Source of the DNA: Eledone cirrhosa
Lineage: Eukaryota
DNA: 64,000 nucleotides
NCBI GenBank assembly: GCA_964016885.1
Contig: OZ024742.1
Coordinates: 279,744,001 to 279,808,000, forward strand
Direction of reading: 5' to 3'
Part shown: piece after piece, positions 15,066-27,883 of the stretch
Position numbering within the stretch: position 1 is the first letter of the stretch
Layout of the letters: each line of letters begins with the position of its first letter
The notes under the pieces: model-generated
The model's input: the letters and a program-made list of their open reading frames with translations, nothing else
What the model was told of the DNA's origin: nothing
Database searches by the model: none
Position numbers and translations under genes: made by a program

Positions 15066-15411
15066 TCTTCTATATATATAAAAGCGAGGATGTGTGTGTG
15101 TCTGTGTACAACTTTGGATACCTAAGGCTTTTACAATAACAAACTGAATTTGATCAAATTTTCTGTGCCCGTTGCACAGGTCGCTACGATGGTCACAGCA
15201 CAACAAATTTTCAAATAGACCCACGTTGAGCAATAAAAATTCTAATACAAAATTATCGGTAGCAAAATTGATGTAAGGGAGATAACCAACTTTATTGACA
15301 GAAATATAAACATCAGATTCATTTGACGATAGATCACTAATATTATCGTTTGGTTCTTGTTTATTCTTTGTTGCATTTCAAACCCCGGGCAACGCCGGGT
15401 AAATCTGGTAG
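15066..15411 (+). mobile_element. Non-autonomous Helitron
   Basis: 5' TCttctatatatataaaa..gtgtgtgtctg; 3' hairpin CCCGGGCAACGCCGGG then GTAG|T; inserted in (TA)n. Confidence 0.75.
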
Positions 15412-15445
<34 letters not shown>

Positions 15446-15619
15446 AATATATGCAAAAGTTCTATTTAAAATTGTCGAGATACAACAAGTAAATATTTTT
15501 ATAACTGATATAAAGCACTCGACAAGTATCTGGACCCAGATTTATGCATAATTTTTATGGGTAGTATTAAAACCATTAAAGGTCTAACTCTTCCACATGA
15601 CTTCCAAAAACAATGGTTG

Positions 15620-15775
15620 CATTTTAATAGGGTACGTCAAAGCTTATTTGTAAAACTGTTATATATTGTATTTTGTCTGATGAAGGCATACCATAATTTA
15701 ATTTGGTATCCCAGAAATATGTATAATGAAATAAATATGCTTTTATAAATATAGTTTCCATTTATTAATATCGTA
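15620..15775 (+). mobile_element. Diverged copy of the 10.4-kb HHR element
   Basis: ttttgt CTGATGA aggcatacc..ggtatccca GAAA tatgta TA atgaaat..ataaatatagtttccattt, then (TA)n. Confidence 0.7.
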
Positions 15776-15898
15776 TATATATATATATATATACATACAT
15801 ATATATATATATATATTCAGAGAGAGAGAAATAGATAGATATGTGTATGTAAATATTTGCACCCCCCCCCCCCCCACTCGCACACGCACGCACACACC

Positions 15899-15989
<91 letters not shown>

Positions 15990-16049
15990 CATTTCTTTCT
16001 TTTTATAAGCTTTCCTTTTTGTTTCCATGTCTTTATGAATTTAAACTTA

Positions 16050-16292
16050 TCGCATCATTTTAAATTTGAAGTTCCGAAATGTATTCGTAAATTCTTTTCT
16101 AGTAGTTTTTTCCCTCACACATCGCACCTATGACTTCTCTTCCTGTTTCCTGCTTTCCTGACAATCTGCCAACATTCAATAGCAATATCAATTGTCATCT
16201 TTTGTCTCCTAGTATTATGTTCTTGCTTTCTTGTTCATTTCCCTTATCCGTAACCCCTTACACATTAGTGGGTTCATTGCTTTGCTTGGGAG
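16050..16292 (+). pseudogene. CR1/Jockey-group LINE 3' end remnant
   Basis: Translates as [43 protein letters not shown], resembling the SSFFPRT..LWNSLP..FP...L..FK..IN ORF2 terminus. Confidence 0.55.
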
Positions 16293-16420
<128 letters not shown>

Positions 16421-16432
16421 GCACACACACAT

Positions 16433-16463
<31 letters not shown>

Positions 16464-17289
16464 CACACATACATATATATATATACACATATATATAGTT
16501 GTATATATGTATACACACACACACACACACATATATAGATACACGCTCACGGTTACACACACACAGACTGATATATGCATTCGAACACCCATACTCTCAA
16601 AGTATACACACGCGAACACGTATATATATACACCAAAAAATGTAGTGTATATATATATATATAAACTACATTATTTGCTGTATGTGTTATCGTTCCCATT
16701 AAGTACCTTCCTATTTCAAAATTTAAGTTTAGTACAGCGTGATATCATACATATAAGATTTCAATAGTCAGTCGTTAACGACATTTCCATTCTATTCAGT
16801 CTGAAAGACCTCCATTAATCTTGAAGTTGAGTGTTACAAAGCTTGTAAGGTGATGATAGTTGGTGATAGTGTTCTGTAACTTGCCTCCATTTATCTTATC
16901 GACCTCCCAAGTACCAGTGATGGAATAATCTCAACTCTCTATCTAATAGTGACCTGCTAGACGTATTATTAACTAAATTCTTAAATGAAAGGACGTTATA
17001 TATATATTCGTGATTACACAGTTTCTGATAAAGAAATCAAAGGGGTTCTGCGGAGTGGAAAGACCTAAATCATAGTTATAGTATATGAATTTAATATCAT
17101 TTTTCCTTTGTTTCCGAAATTCCTCTTTTCAACAGAATTACATTTAGATCGCGAATAAATGTTGATCTTTATTACGGTGTCTTGTTTTTACTATTTAGAC
17201 ATAGAAGAAAGAGCCGTGCTCAATACGTGATTTGGAATGGATTGTCAAAAGGATCCTGGAGCGGTGAAGAAAGATAACATCGATGTGGA

Positions 17290-18215
17290 GGCTTGCACTC
17301 GGCATCAATCCTATGAAGTATAAATGGGAGATCACGTTCTGTCGAGTAAAGTAACACCATGTCTTCTGCAAATTCCAGCCCTCTGATTTTACATCCGCCA
17401 GTCATGTTACTAATTCCAACACGGCTGCGCATGTAAATCCTGTTCATGAAAAAAATAAACAGGAGAGGTGATAGCCCATAGCCTCGTTTGAGTCCACTCC
17501 CATACTAAATGGTTTCGATTCCACAACAGGTCTCGAGGAACGCGGTCATATGCCGTTTCTATATCTACATAACAAGAATATACCTCTTGAAAATACTCCC
17601 AGGATATTTCGAAGACCTGCCGCGGTGTGAACATTTGCCCGGGTGTGTTGCTTCCGTGGTGAAAACTGTTCTTCAGCTAGCTTGGACTTGACAATCTCCC
17701 TGCATCTCATAGCCACACCCTTAGCATAGACTTTATCGGGAAGGCTTAACAAAGAGAACCCTCTGTAATTGGAACTATCTCTCTTGTTTCTCTGTTTGAA
17801 AATTGGGATTATCACTCCCGATTGCTATTACTTAGGTGCCTTTTCAGAGATCCAGGTCATCCGGCACACATGAATACCCTCTCTATTTAAAGCTTTTTAA
17901 TATCTCGGGCCGGAATTCATCTTCCCCAGCGGCCTTGCCACATTTGAGTTCTTTAACTGCTCTTGTGACTTCAACAACCGAGTGATTAGTCATCAATTGC
18001 AGATGCATCTAGTGTACATCAGAAGATGCTGTTGTGATCAAGTTTAGGTTATCGGCAGAGTATTCTCTCCACCTCGCGAGGATGCACCTCTCTGAAGAGA
18101 AGAGGATCCCAGACGCCTTCTTGATAGCAGGCGTGGAGGAGTTCTTATTATGAAGTCGACTGATGGTCTGCCAGAACACTTTATTTGCATATCTGAAGTC
18201 GGATTCCTTCTGAAA
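17290..18215 (-). pseudogene. Decayed RTE-clade LINE reverse transcriptase fragment
   Basis: ANKVFWQTISRL, IIPIFKQRNKRDSSNYRGFSLLSLPDKVYAK, CYVDIETAYDRVPR and LEFAEDMVL motifs over several frames. Confidence 0.85.
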
Positions 18216-18224
18216 CACAAATCA

Positions 18225-18408
18225 TGGCAGTATCGATAGAGGGTCGGACGCCATGTTTTCCAGCATAGAGTTACGGCCCTTTATGGCCTGAGTTCAAATC
18301 CCGCCGAGGTTAACTTTGCCTTTCATCCTTACGGGGTCGATAAAATAAAGCACCAGTAATACACTGGCATAATTGCTGGCCTTGTGCCAAAAGTAGAAAC
18401 AATTATTT
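18225..18408 (+). mobile_element. tRNA-derived SINE
   Basis: A-box, B-box GAGTTCAAATCC, conserved body and tail. Confidence 0.9.
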
Positions 18409-18409
18409 A

Positions 18410-19022
18410 TTATTTATGTTCATACACGGAGCAAAAGCGCTGCCTAATGTTTCAACGCCCAATATTGATCATATCTCCAGAATATAAAAGGGGTCCAAAT
18501 TGTGACCCAATCATCAGTCGCTTATACCAGTTTATAAACTCCCGTTAAAAACAATGCATGCTAAAAACGTTAGTTTACGAAAAACGAAAACTAAGGGAAA
18601 TGAATATAAATACAAGATGTAAATTTGAAATAACGAAATCGTGTATGTAGGCTATAGCAGATGAATAATAATATGTGGTAGTATATAGTATAGAGATGAT
18701 CATATTTTATAAGGTATAGAGTAAAGTAGTATAGAAGGTGTACTGTATTGTGTAACTGTGGAAAAAAGAGAAAGAAAAGATATGGAAGTATAAATATCAA
18801 ATTAGGGTTTTTGAAAATCAGTTAAATTTGTTGAGCATTTCCACTTAACAAGCAATTGAGTTTTGACGTGGAGGTATGTAATTTAGAGATGGTAGCATTT
18901 ATTGTGATATGGCGTTGAGTAGTATAGGTTTACTGTATTATTTAAGTGTGGAAAAACAAAGAGAAAAAGAAAACACATTACAGAAGTATATAAATCACAT
19001 TAATGTGGTTGAAAATCAGCTT
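18410..19022 (-). mobile_element. Inverted 3'UTR/pLTR copy of the old PLE downstream
   Basis: Reverse-complement similarity to 21070-21415 and 24745-25040. Confidence 0.65.
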
Positions 19023-19754
19023 TTCTTCCTTGTGTGAACATAAATATATAATTTTTCGGCTCACTTCCCGCTTGAACACTATTTTCCTTTTTCCCTTTTC
19101 ACACCTCTGGATATTGCTGTATACGTGGAATTTTTGCACTGACGTTCGGATTTTATTTCGACTAACTCGACATTTTCTGACCGTTTGGTTGGACATTCTT
19201 TGGACATTGGGATATTTTCATCACTTCTACATATGGATCTATACGAGATTAACTATTCAACAAAATCCATACCGACACCTTCAAACAATTCTTACACATA
19301 ATACATTCTCGACAAATAAATGTTGTATGTAGATCATGGTGGAAGGCTCTTCTGTTCGGCGTTGTAATAGCCCTCACTGCCCCCGAGAAATTTAAAATGT
19401 ATTTCATTAAATACGCCCCTCTCCCAGAGTTCAGGACTTAGGTCCGTTTGAAAGTGATCTGTTAGATATAGTCTCAACCATTCTGTTTCATAAGTACTAT
19501 AAGCCCTTCCAGCATACACTTGTAAAGAACATAAAATAATCAGATGCACTAAGAATGATTTTGCATTTTCGGACAAAACAAAAGCATATATATGAACTGC
19601 ATAAGAAAAAATATAACTGTTTTATACTTAATAGCACAACAAATAAATACTAAGTGGCCAAACCTAACACCTATAACAAGACTAATGATGAGGCAAAAGA
19701 TATTACTACACATTTTTAAATAGACAATTGAACGGTTGGCGGAACATGGTGCCT

Positions 19755-21415
19755 CCATTACTGTGAAGGATCACAAATCTGATTTCATAAACAGGAGTAA
19801 CTCTAGATTACTAAATCCTGACTTGCTAGTAAAAAAGTTTAAGAGATATAAATACCTGTATAATTAAAAAAAAAGTAATCCTTCACTGTGGAATAATACT
19901 AAATCCTGGTCCACAGAAATATTATTTACGAACGGGACCAAATCCACACATATTATAGGTTTCTATCACTATATATTTGGACGCTTCTTAATAACGCTTT
20001 AGACTTGCTTGTTTTTTTTTGTATACATCGGTGATATGGAATATGACCTCGTAACCCACGTTTGTTGAACCCCTCTCCTTAGTAACGTTACTAATTGTGT
20101 AAAAATATCTGAGCTTGATAATTCTTTTGACGTCTTGATGGGATTCTATGACTGTTTTGATGTTCTTTTCGGCTTTTACATTCTTCATACGCTAAAGTCT
20201 AAATTCCCCACTAACTGCTTTGGACTATAGCGTGACGTTGGTCTTTCGTTTTCAGGTAATTGTAATGGACACACTCTGGACAGATTGCATAACATTTTAA
20301 TTGAAACCTTTCATGCACTAGAACTTAATATTACGGTTGATACGAATCTTACTAATGCAAATCTCATTGGGGTAAACTTACATCAATGAGATTTGCATTA
20401 ATTGTGGTTAATACGACCTAACTACAACGTCGTATTAATCACAAAATAAGCCTAACAAAACATTGAAATATATAAATAAAGTCACATGCTATCCCCTGCT
20501 GTTTTTAAAAACGTAGTTCCTAATATTAGTCGTAGAATCTGAAATATATCACCAACCAGAGAGATTATCGATATGTCGCAATTCCGTCAAGATATCGTAT
20601 TTATGTGGCTCGTCTATGAGATCAGCAGCTACTGTAAAGTAAATACTTGACGTTCATCCAATATTGTAGGATTAAAGTAAACTGTCCTCTCCAACAGAAA
20701 TCTAATATCAAATTCGTTGTGTATGAGGTAGATATTACACATAAGACCGTAGAAAATCCTGAATATATCGAAAGATATGTCGGTGTGATGCAAAAACGTT
20801 TTAAATAAGGTTTTTACTCGCATCTTCACTCCTTCAGGAATCCTGATATGAGAACCAGTATAACATATGCAAAAAATGCCTGGCAATTAAAGCACAAAGA
20901 CGTCTCACATAAGATTACTTGGAAGATACTTGAGAGATCCAGTCCCCAACAACAATGGTACTAAGGGTTATCGTTTCTGTGTTAGTGAGAAATTTAGACT
21001 AATACAAGATTTGTCATCTTCAAACAATAGTTATTTGAACCCAAAGAGCGAACGTTTTAGAGGAAGGCTCAACCTCAAAACCAATTGCTTACTAATTGGA
21101 AATACTCAACACAGTCGACTGATTTTCAACCACCTGAATTATATATACTTCTGTATTTCATTTTCCTGTCTTTCTTTTTCCACGCTTTAATAATACAGTA
21201 CACATTCTATACAACCCTATTCTATACCTTAATAAATGCTACAATCTCTACTCTACAAGCTTCAACCTCAAAACCAACTCTATGCTAAGTGAATATACCG
21301 TACAACGTCGACTGATATTGAACCACTTTAATTTAATTTATATACTTCCGTAATATATTTCCTGTCACTTTCTCGTTCGTACCAACTATAGTACTCTACT
21401 CTATTCCTTATTAAC
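19755..21415 (+). pseudogene. Heavily decayed Penelope-like element (RT + GIY-YIG remnants and 3'UTR)
   Basis: TVKDHKSDFINRSNSRLLNP, LWNNT, LNITVDTNL, NISRRI and ITWKILERS..FCVSEKFRLI..LNPKSE are colinear with the PLE protein at 28-30.6 kb. Confidence 0.7.
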
Positions 21416-21417
21416 TA

Positions 21418-21867
21418 CTAACAGAGGTTCCCAGCGTTGCTCGGGTATTAAATAGCAGGTATGTATAACATTTATGTCAATACTTCAGTGCTGCTGCGAA
21501 AACTATACTTTTACAAAATCATCGGCTTTTTCCAAAAGGGGGTTCCTGCCCCTGGGGGTCCCCTTCTCAATATGTGCCACTTCTAAGAGTTCACATTAAT
21601 CTGTAGAACAAACGCATCCCATGTGTCAAGTTTTGTGAAAATCGGTGGCGAACTCCAGAAGTTGTGACGTTTTGTTGCATAACACTGCAGTGCTTCAGTC
21701 GACTCCAAGGAAGTGGTTAAAGTGGTTAAAGGGGGTTATCTCCCGGGAGGCCCTATAATCATTATCTGGAAAAATGAAAGTGCCCATGACCATCCGGAGT
21801 ACATAAGTAACCTATGTCTTAAGTTTGGTGAAAATACTGTGGAAATGCATAAGGTTTACCCACGCGT

Positions 21868-21948
<81 letters not shown>

Positions 21949-21990
21949 CGTGTGCGCGCGCGTGTGTGTGTGTGTGTGTGTATGTATGTG
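21418..21990 (-). mobile_element. Non-autonomous Helitron-like element, copy of 3606-4124
   Basis: Reverse complement of about 3690-4124, including the 3' hairpin. Confidence 0.8.
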
Positions 21991-22067
21991 TATCTCCGTC
22001 GGCGCATACGTATGTACTGGCCTAAATCTTCACTATTTACTTTTACTATGTTAAGGCAAAGTTAAAA

Positions 22068-22176
22068 TACCGTCGAGGTTAACTTTGCCTTTCACCCTTA
22101 CGGGGTCTATAAAATGACGTACCAGTAATGTACTGGTAATTTGCTGGCCTTGTGCCAAAAGTAGAAACAATTATTT
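22068..22176 (+). mobile_element. 5'-truncated SINE
   Basis: gaggttaactttgcctttca...gtgccaaaagtagaaacaattatt. Confidence 0.8.
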
Positions 22177-23894
22177 TAATAACCTCTGTCATTTTCGTTT
22201 ACAATTTTATTTACATCATTCTTAAAATCCGGGGCTGGAAATTATTCGATTATTTTAAATAGAATATTAGTCTAACGACTCCATTTACACCATAAACTTG
22301 TCTTTGCATGAAATTGTTCTACACGGTCCACATAACGACGTATTATCATCGCTTAATAGAACGCTGGAACGCTGCACGAAAACACACACACTAGGGCACG
22401 CACACAAACACGCACACTTGTTAATTAGTTATAGCTTTCCCTCCCCTCTTCCACTGTCATGTATCAAACACTGCGTCTGTCGCTCTCTCTCTCTCTCTCC
22501 CGCTATCCCCCTCTTTTAGTCTGTCTTTTACTTTCACTCTCACTCTTTCTTTTTCATTTTTATAGATAAAGAGATTTTGTCTGTGCAAAGTCGTACCTGT
22601 AGTCAATTTTATCGATTTTTAATCTGGGCAAAGAGGGATTCAATCATTTTCAATGCCGTGCCGACCTGCCCTGATAAATTTGTGGTTGATTACAAAAACA
22701 ATTTGGAAAAGGGCCTTGCGGATCAAAAGTTCCTGTGGAACAGACACACACACAAACTCACACAGACAGACAGACAGACATTTTCATTTTTATAGTTATA
22801 GACTAGCAGAAAACCGCCCGCGAGTGGTTTTCTGCTAGTCTATATATCTAAAACAGAGAATGTCTGTCTGTGTGTCAGCTCACTAAAACTTGAGAACCAT
22901 CCAACCGATTGTTTTTAAACTTTAGACATGTAATACTTATGGTCCTGTGAGTGTTTTGAGCAAAAATTATTTCAAATTCTCAATGCCCTAGGGACCGCAT
23001 TAGGCGATTTAGCGTTCTCTCTCTATAATTCTTAGTCTTTCTTTTTAGATAGATACATAGATATAACGTTGCGCCCTTATAATATATGTCTGTATGTCTA
23101 GCTGTGTGCATTACGTCATTATGACGCGCTCAGCGCGATTCCCTCGGCCTCAGTGACCAAAGTCAGTGGAGAGGGGAAGATAATGTTTCTATAGCACGTG
23201 TTTAGCTTCTATTCACTCTCTCTTTCTCCCTCTCTCCCTCCCGCTATCCCCCTCTCGTAGTATGTCTCTTTCTTTCACTCTCACTCTCTCTCTACGCATG
23301 TGTTTCCACTGTCGGACAGACAGACAGGGAAATTGCTGGTTATATATATAAGTAGACTAGCAGAAAACCACCCGGTGGGCGGTTTTCTGCTAGCAAATCT
23401 AGTGTATATACTGATATTGATGAGATTTGGATGAGAAATGTTTTCGGTACCACATGTTCACCGTCTCTCTTTGTGTCTTTTATGCATGTATAAATATATA
23501 TGTTATCTATACGGTGAAATCTTTGAAATAAATATATGTTAAAACGAAAAAGGAGAAAAAGAGATTAGTGACGGAAATATAAACGTTATGATACATAAAC
23601 GTTATGATATAACGATGGAAATATATCTTCAAATGGTCCTTGGCATGGTGTCAAGTCAGAACCGCCTCGAACTGGTTACTTCTGGCTTGTGCAAGGTGTC
23701 TCTATAGCAACCAGCGATTCCCTCGGCCTCAGTGACCAAAGTCAGTGGAGAGTGGAAGATAATGTTTCTATAGCGACAGTGTTTCTCTTGGTAGTACCAA
23801 AGTGGAGAAAGGAAAGGGAAGGTAATATTTCTGTAGCACCTACATTTGAGTTTTGGGGAAGGACATACAGACAGACAGACAAACAGAGAAATGC

Positions 23895-24140
23895 CCATAT
23901 ATTTCTGTGTGTGTATATAAATATATATATATATTACACACACAGAAATGTATATACATTTCTGTGTGTATATATATATATATTTCTGTGTGTGTATATA
24001 TATAGATATATTACACACACAGAAATGTATATATATTTCTGTGTGTATATATATATATTACACACACAGAAATGTATATATATTTCCGTGTGTGTATATA
24101 TATATATATATTACACACACCGAAATGTATATATATTTCT
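23895..24140. repeat. Minisatellite of palindromic units of about 40-50 bp (cacacagaaat-gtatatat-atttctgtgtg)
   Basis: About 5 tandem self-complementary units. Confidence 0.85.
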
Positions 24141-24259
24141 TAGAACAAAATTATGATTAATGTTTTGCTGTTCATAACAATTGGAATTGAAAAATTACAT
24201 TTGAAATTATTAGTTATTTTACTAATGCTTAGATATGTAAAAATGAAGCAATGTTTCTA

Positions 24260-24452
24260 ATAATTTTTTCTACTTTTGGCACAAGGCCAGCAATTACCCA
24301 GTACATTACTGGTACTTTATTTTATCGACCCCGTGAGGATGAAAGGCAAAGTTAACCTCGGCGGTATTTTAACTCAGACCGTAAAGGGACGTAACTCCAT
24401 GCTATGTAGCATGGTGTCCGACTCTCTACAGATTCTGCCAATCCACCGCCCT
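24260..24452 (-). mobile_element. tRNA-derived SINE
   Basis: Full-length reverse-complement copy. Confidence 0.9.
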
Positions 24453-25114
24453 AATGTCTGTACGTAATGAGGGAGTGAGAGGGGAGAGAAAGAAAGGCAG
24501 AGGTGAAGTGACGAAGTGACTCTCTCCTCCTCCTTCTTCTCCATCTCCCCATTCGTCACAGCGATAGATGGGAGGAATGTTAGTGTGTTACAAAGAGAAA
24601 GAGTGAGAGTGAGAGAAACAGACAGACTAAAAGAGAGGGATAGCTGGAGAGAGAGAGAGAGAGAGATGGCAACCACGCGCGCACGTGTTTCCACTGTCGG
24701 ACAGACGGACAGAGATATTGCTGGTTATATATTATAAGGAGATTACCATCTCTATATTACATACTACCATGTATTTTCATACATCTGCTATAGCCTACGT
24801 ATATTGACACGTGAATGATATCACTATTTCAAATTTACATCTTGGAGTTATTTCCTTCTAGTATAATTCATTTTTTTTTTGTAAACTAGCCTTCTTAGAA
24901 CGCACTACATTTAAAATTCGTATAAGCACTTGACAATTAGAATATAATTTTGATTATTCTTACATTCTGGAGATATGGCCAATATTGGGGATTGAAACCT
25001 TACGTAGCGTTTTTGTTCCGTGTATGAATAAATAATATATTTCAGCTCTTTACCCGATTGAGCACTGTTTTCGTTTATCCTTTTTCACTGCTATAGATAT
25101 TGGTACAAATGCAT

Positions 25115-25199
<85 letters not shown>

Positions 25200-25200
25200 A

Positions 25201-25242
<42 letters not shown>

Positions 25243-25777
25243 TAATACGCACACACATATATATATTTATATATACATATATGCATATTATCCAGCCAAG
25301 AAATTAACAATGGATTTTTATTAATTGCTTTTATGATAATTTTTTTTCTTTTCTTCTTGGCAAACTTGATATTTACTGAAGATTGAAGGGAGGAAATACA
25401 ATATCATCTCATATATTTACCTCTTCCTCTCTAGCTTCATAAACCACACTCCATTTATCTCCCTTTTGCTCTCCCCTTTCTCCCCCCTCTGTCTCAATCT
25501 CTCTCCCCCACTTTCTCTCTCTCTCTTTGTTTATCTACGTCTTCTTTTCTCTCTATATCCATATAGATTGAAAGAACCATACATGTATACAGGAATACAT
25601 AGATGTGTGTATAGGTGTGCATGCGTGCAGGGTGTGCTTGTGTGTATTTGAGTTTCTCTCAATGTGTTATATACGCAAGTAATACACTCATAATAAACCC
25701 ATATCTCCTCTATGTCTCTTACTCCCCAATATATACACACATATACATAAATGCATACACACATATATATACACACA

Positions 25778-25818
<41 letters not shown>

Positions 25819-26125
25819 TATTTACGTATTGAGAAAGAGAAAAAAAGGGGGAGGATAGGTGATACATATAGGTATTTGCCAAGTAGCGTATGCTAAAGGT
25901 GCTCGATACTAGTGCCGGCAGTATTAAATATTCGAAGTGTTAATATTTAGTTGGCTAGAGAGTTAGCAGAGCGTAAGCACTTGGGAAAGTAAAAAATCGG
26001 AGAATAGACCGTTAAAACATGTTTATTTAAAACATCACCTACGTACGTTTCGCCCAGTTGGGCTTCTCAAGGGCATAAATAATCACAAGTGTTCCTTATA
26101 TTGCTCGGAAAGAGTGTTTGGGGTT

Positions 26126-27270
26126 ACGACCCCGGCGACTGTGAACACTGTAGATTACTCAAACTATTCCCCTATTACAAAACCAACAAAGACGATGGCC
26201 TACTACCAACACCTTCCAACCAACATCTTCGTGTACATAAACATGGAAGAGGTAGGAAGAGTGCACCCGAGCATAAAGTGAAAGGGGCACCGAACGGGCG
26301 ACTGCGCATTAACACACATAAGAGCGGTCACCTAGATGGAACAACCCGTAGCAAAAGTACAAGGACACGTAATCGCCACCGAAGTGTGGCCTCCAACATA
26401 CCCCGGATGTTCTTCGAAGCCTTAGAGAAGAACTTCCCGCCCAACCGTAGGTATAGACACATTCTTAATAGGAAAAATATAAAAATATCCTTCTCTACTA
26501 CTCCTAACCTAGCAGACATCATAGGAACAACGAACCACAGTAAGATCACCAAGACACAGCACCTCGACACAGACGCACCTACACCTGACAATAACTATAT
26601 CGGCCTTAACAACTCCCTGGCAGCATACAATAGTGTTGGCAACGGCATCCGCAGACGCAACCAGCATAACTGCGAAATGACTGGAGAACATGCAGGACAT
26701 GACGTGCAGAATAACGATCGCACCACACCGCGTGCTGTGGGTTGTAATGGTGCTAACGACAGCTGCGGTAGCGTAGGTAGGAACGTAGGCAGCAACAATG
26801 ATAGCCTTACCGTGGGAAATAGACGGAACCGCGACAGAAACTGCAACTGCCGCGACAGAGGACGCTGCCCCCTTAGAGGATACTGCTTGACTGATAGGGT
26901 TATATATAGATGCACTATTACTAGCCACAATAGCGTTAAACATTATATAGGGACTACCTCCGGCCCGTTCAAAATTAGGTTTCGAACACATCCCCACTCT
27001 TTCACAAATAGAAAACTAAGGCACTCCACTTCGCTCGCGGACTACATCACATCACTAAAGGATTTAGACATCAGCTTCTCCACGCACTGGGAGATTGTCG
27101 GCAGGGCTGCACCGTACACATTCAAGAGGAAATGCGATCTGTGCCTCATGGAGCTCTACCACATCATAACTGCACCCCACGAGCTCATCAACAGCAGAGC
27201 TGAAACAGCGATAATTTGTACACATCGCTTAAAAATATCCTTCTTCAGATGGGTTAAGGATGAGGAGTGA
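26126..27270 (+). pseudogene. 5'-truncated duplicate of the PLE ORF (linker + GIY-YIG)
   Basis: Matches the C-terminal part of 28191..30590 with a 10-codon deletion (RNVLWSPPYS); the first residues of ORF 26089 come from the inverted pLTR. Confidence 0.9.
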
Positions 27271-27553
27271 AACCGTACACCGGATCTCCCTGCAACAAGT
27301 CTTAATACCCCGGCGGGCAGGCGCTGCAAAATAACACCCAGGAAACTATCCTTGCATACCAGACCCAGCCTCAGACGCGGCAAAAAAAAAAAAAAAAAAT
27401 TGTCCGTGAAAGACTGCCCTAACACCGGCCAGAGTTACCTCCCTTGACCTGCTGCAAAATCAAAACAAGATATTTTTGCGAGCAATGAACCTTGATGTGG
27501 ATCTAACCCCCAAAACTCTTTCTGATCAATATAAGGAACACTTGTGATTATTT

Positions 27554-27595
27554 ATGCCCTTGAGAAGCCCAACTGGGCGAAACGTACGTAGGTGC
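27554..27595 (+). ncRNA. Minimal type I hammerhead ribozyme in pLTR, U3-A8 core variant
   Basis: gccc TTGAGAA gccc aact gggc GAAA cgtacg TA gg; further copies at 30887-30928 (TTGACAA, differing at N7) and 26035-26076 (-). Confidence 0.7.
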
Positions 27596-27883
27596 TGTTT
27601 TAAATAAACATATTTTAACGGTCTATTCTCCGATTTTTTACTTTCCCACGTGCTTACGCTCTGCTAACTATCTAGCCCCCTAAATATTAACACTTCGAAT
27701 ATTTGATACTGCCGGCACTAGTATCGAACACCTTTAGCATACGCTACTTGGCAAATAACTATATGTATCACCTATCCTCCCCTTTTTTTTCTCTTTCTCG
27801 ATACGTAAATACTGTCTTACCGTGCTCCTTTCGTAGAGCATCTCACCTTATTTGCCATTACGTTGGAGAACTAGCCGTTACCC

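Larger units (their letters stand above)
22470..24742. mobile_element. Rearranged cluster of Helitron-like ends and internal duplications
   Basis: Helitron-like 5' ends (TCta..tata.aa..tgtctgtctg) at 22801(-), 22839(+), 23356(-) and about 24742(-); CTAG-terminated palindromes at 22802-22839 and 23356-23393; duplicated segments at about 22490/23230 and 23135/23715. Confidence 0.55.

Noticed and set aside
26089-26126. N-terminus of the 393-aa ORF as a real gene start
   Set aside because: Derived from the inverted pLTR fused to a 5'-truncated PLE copy
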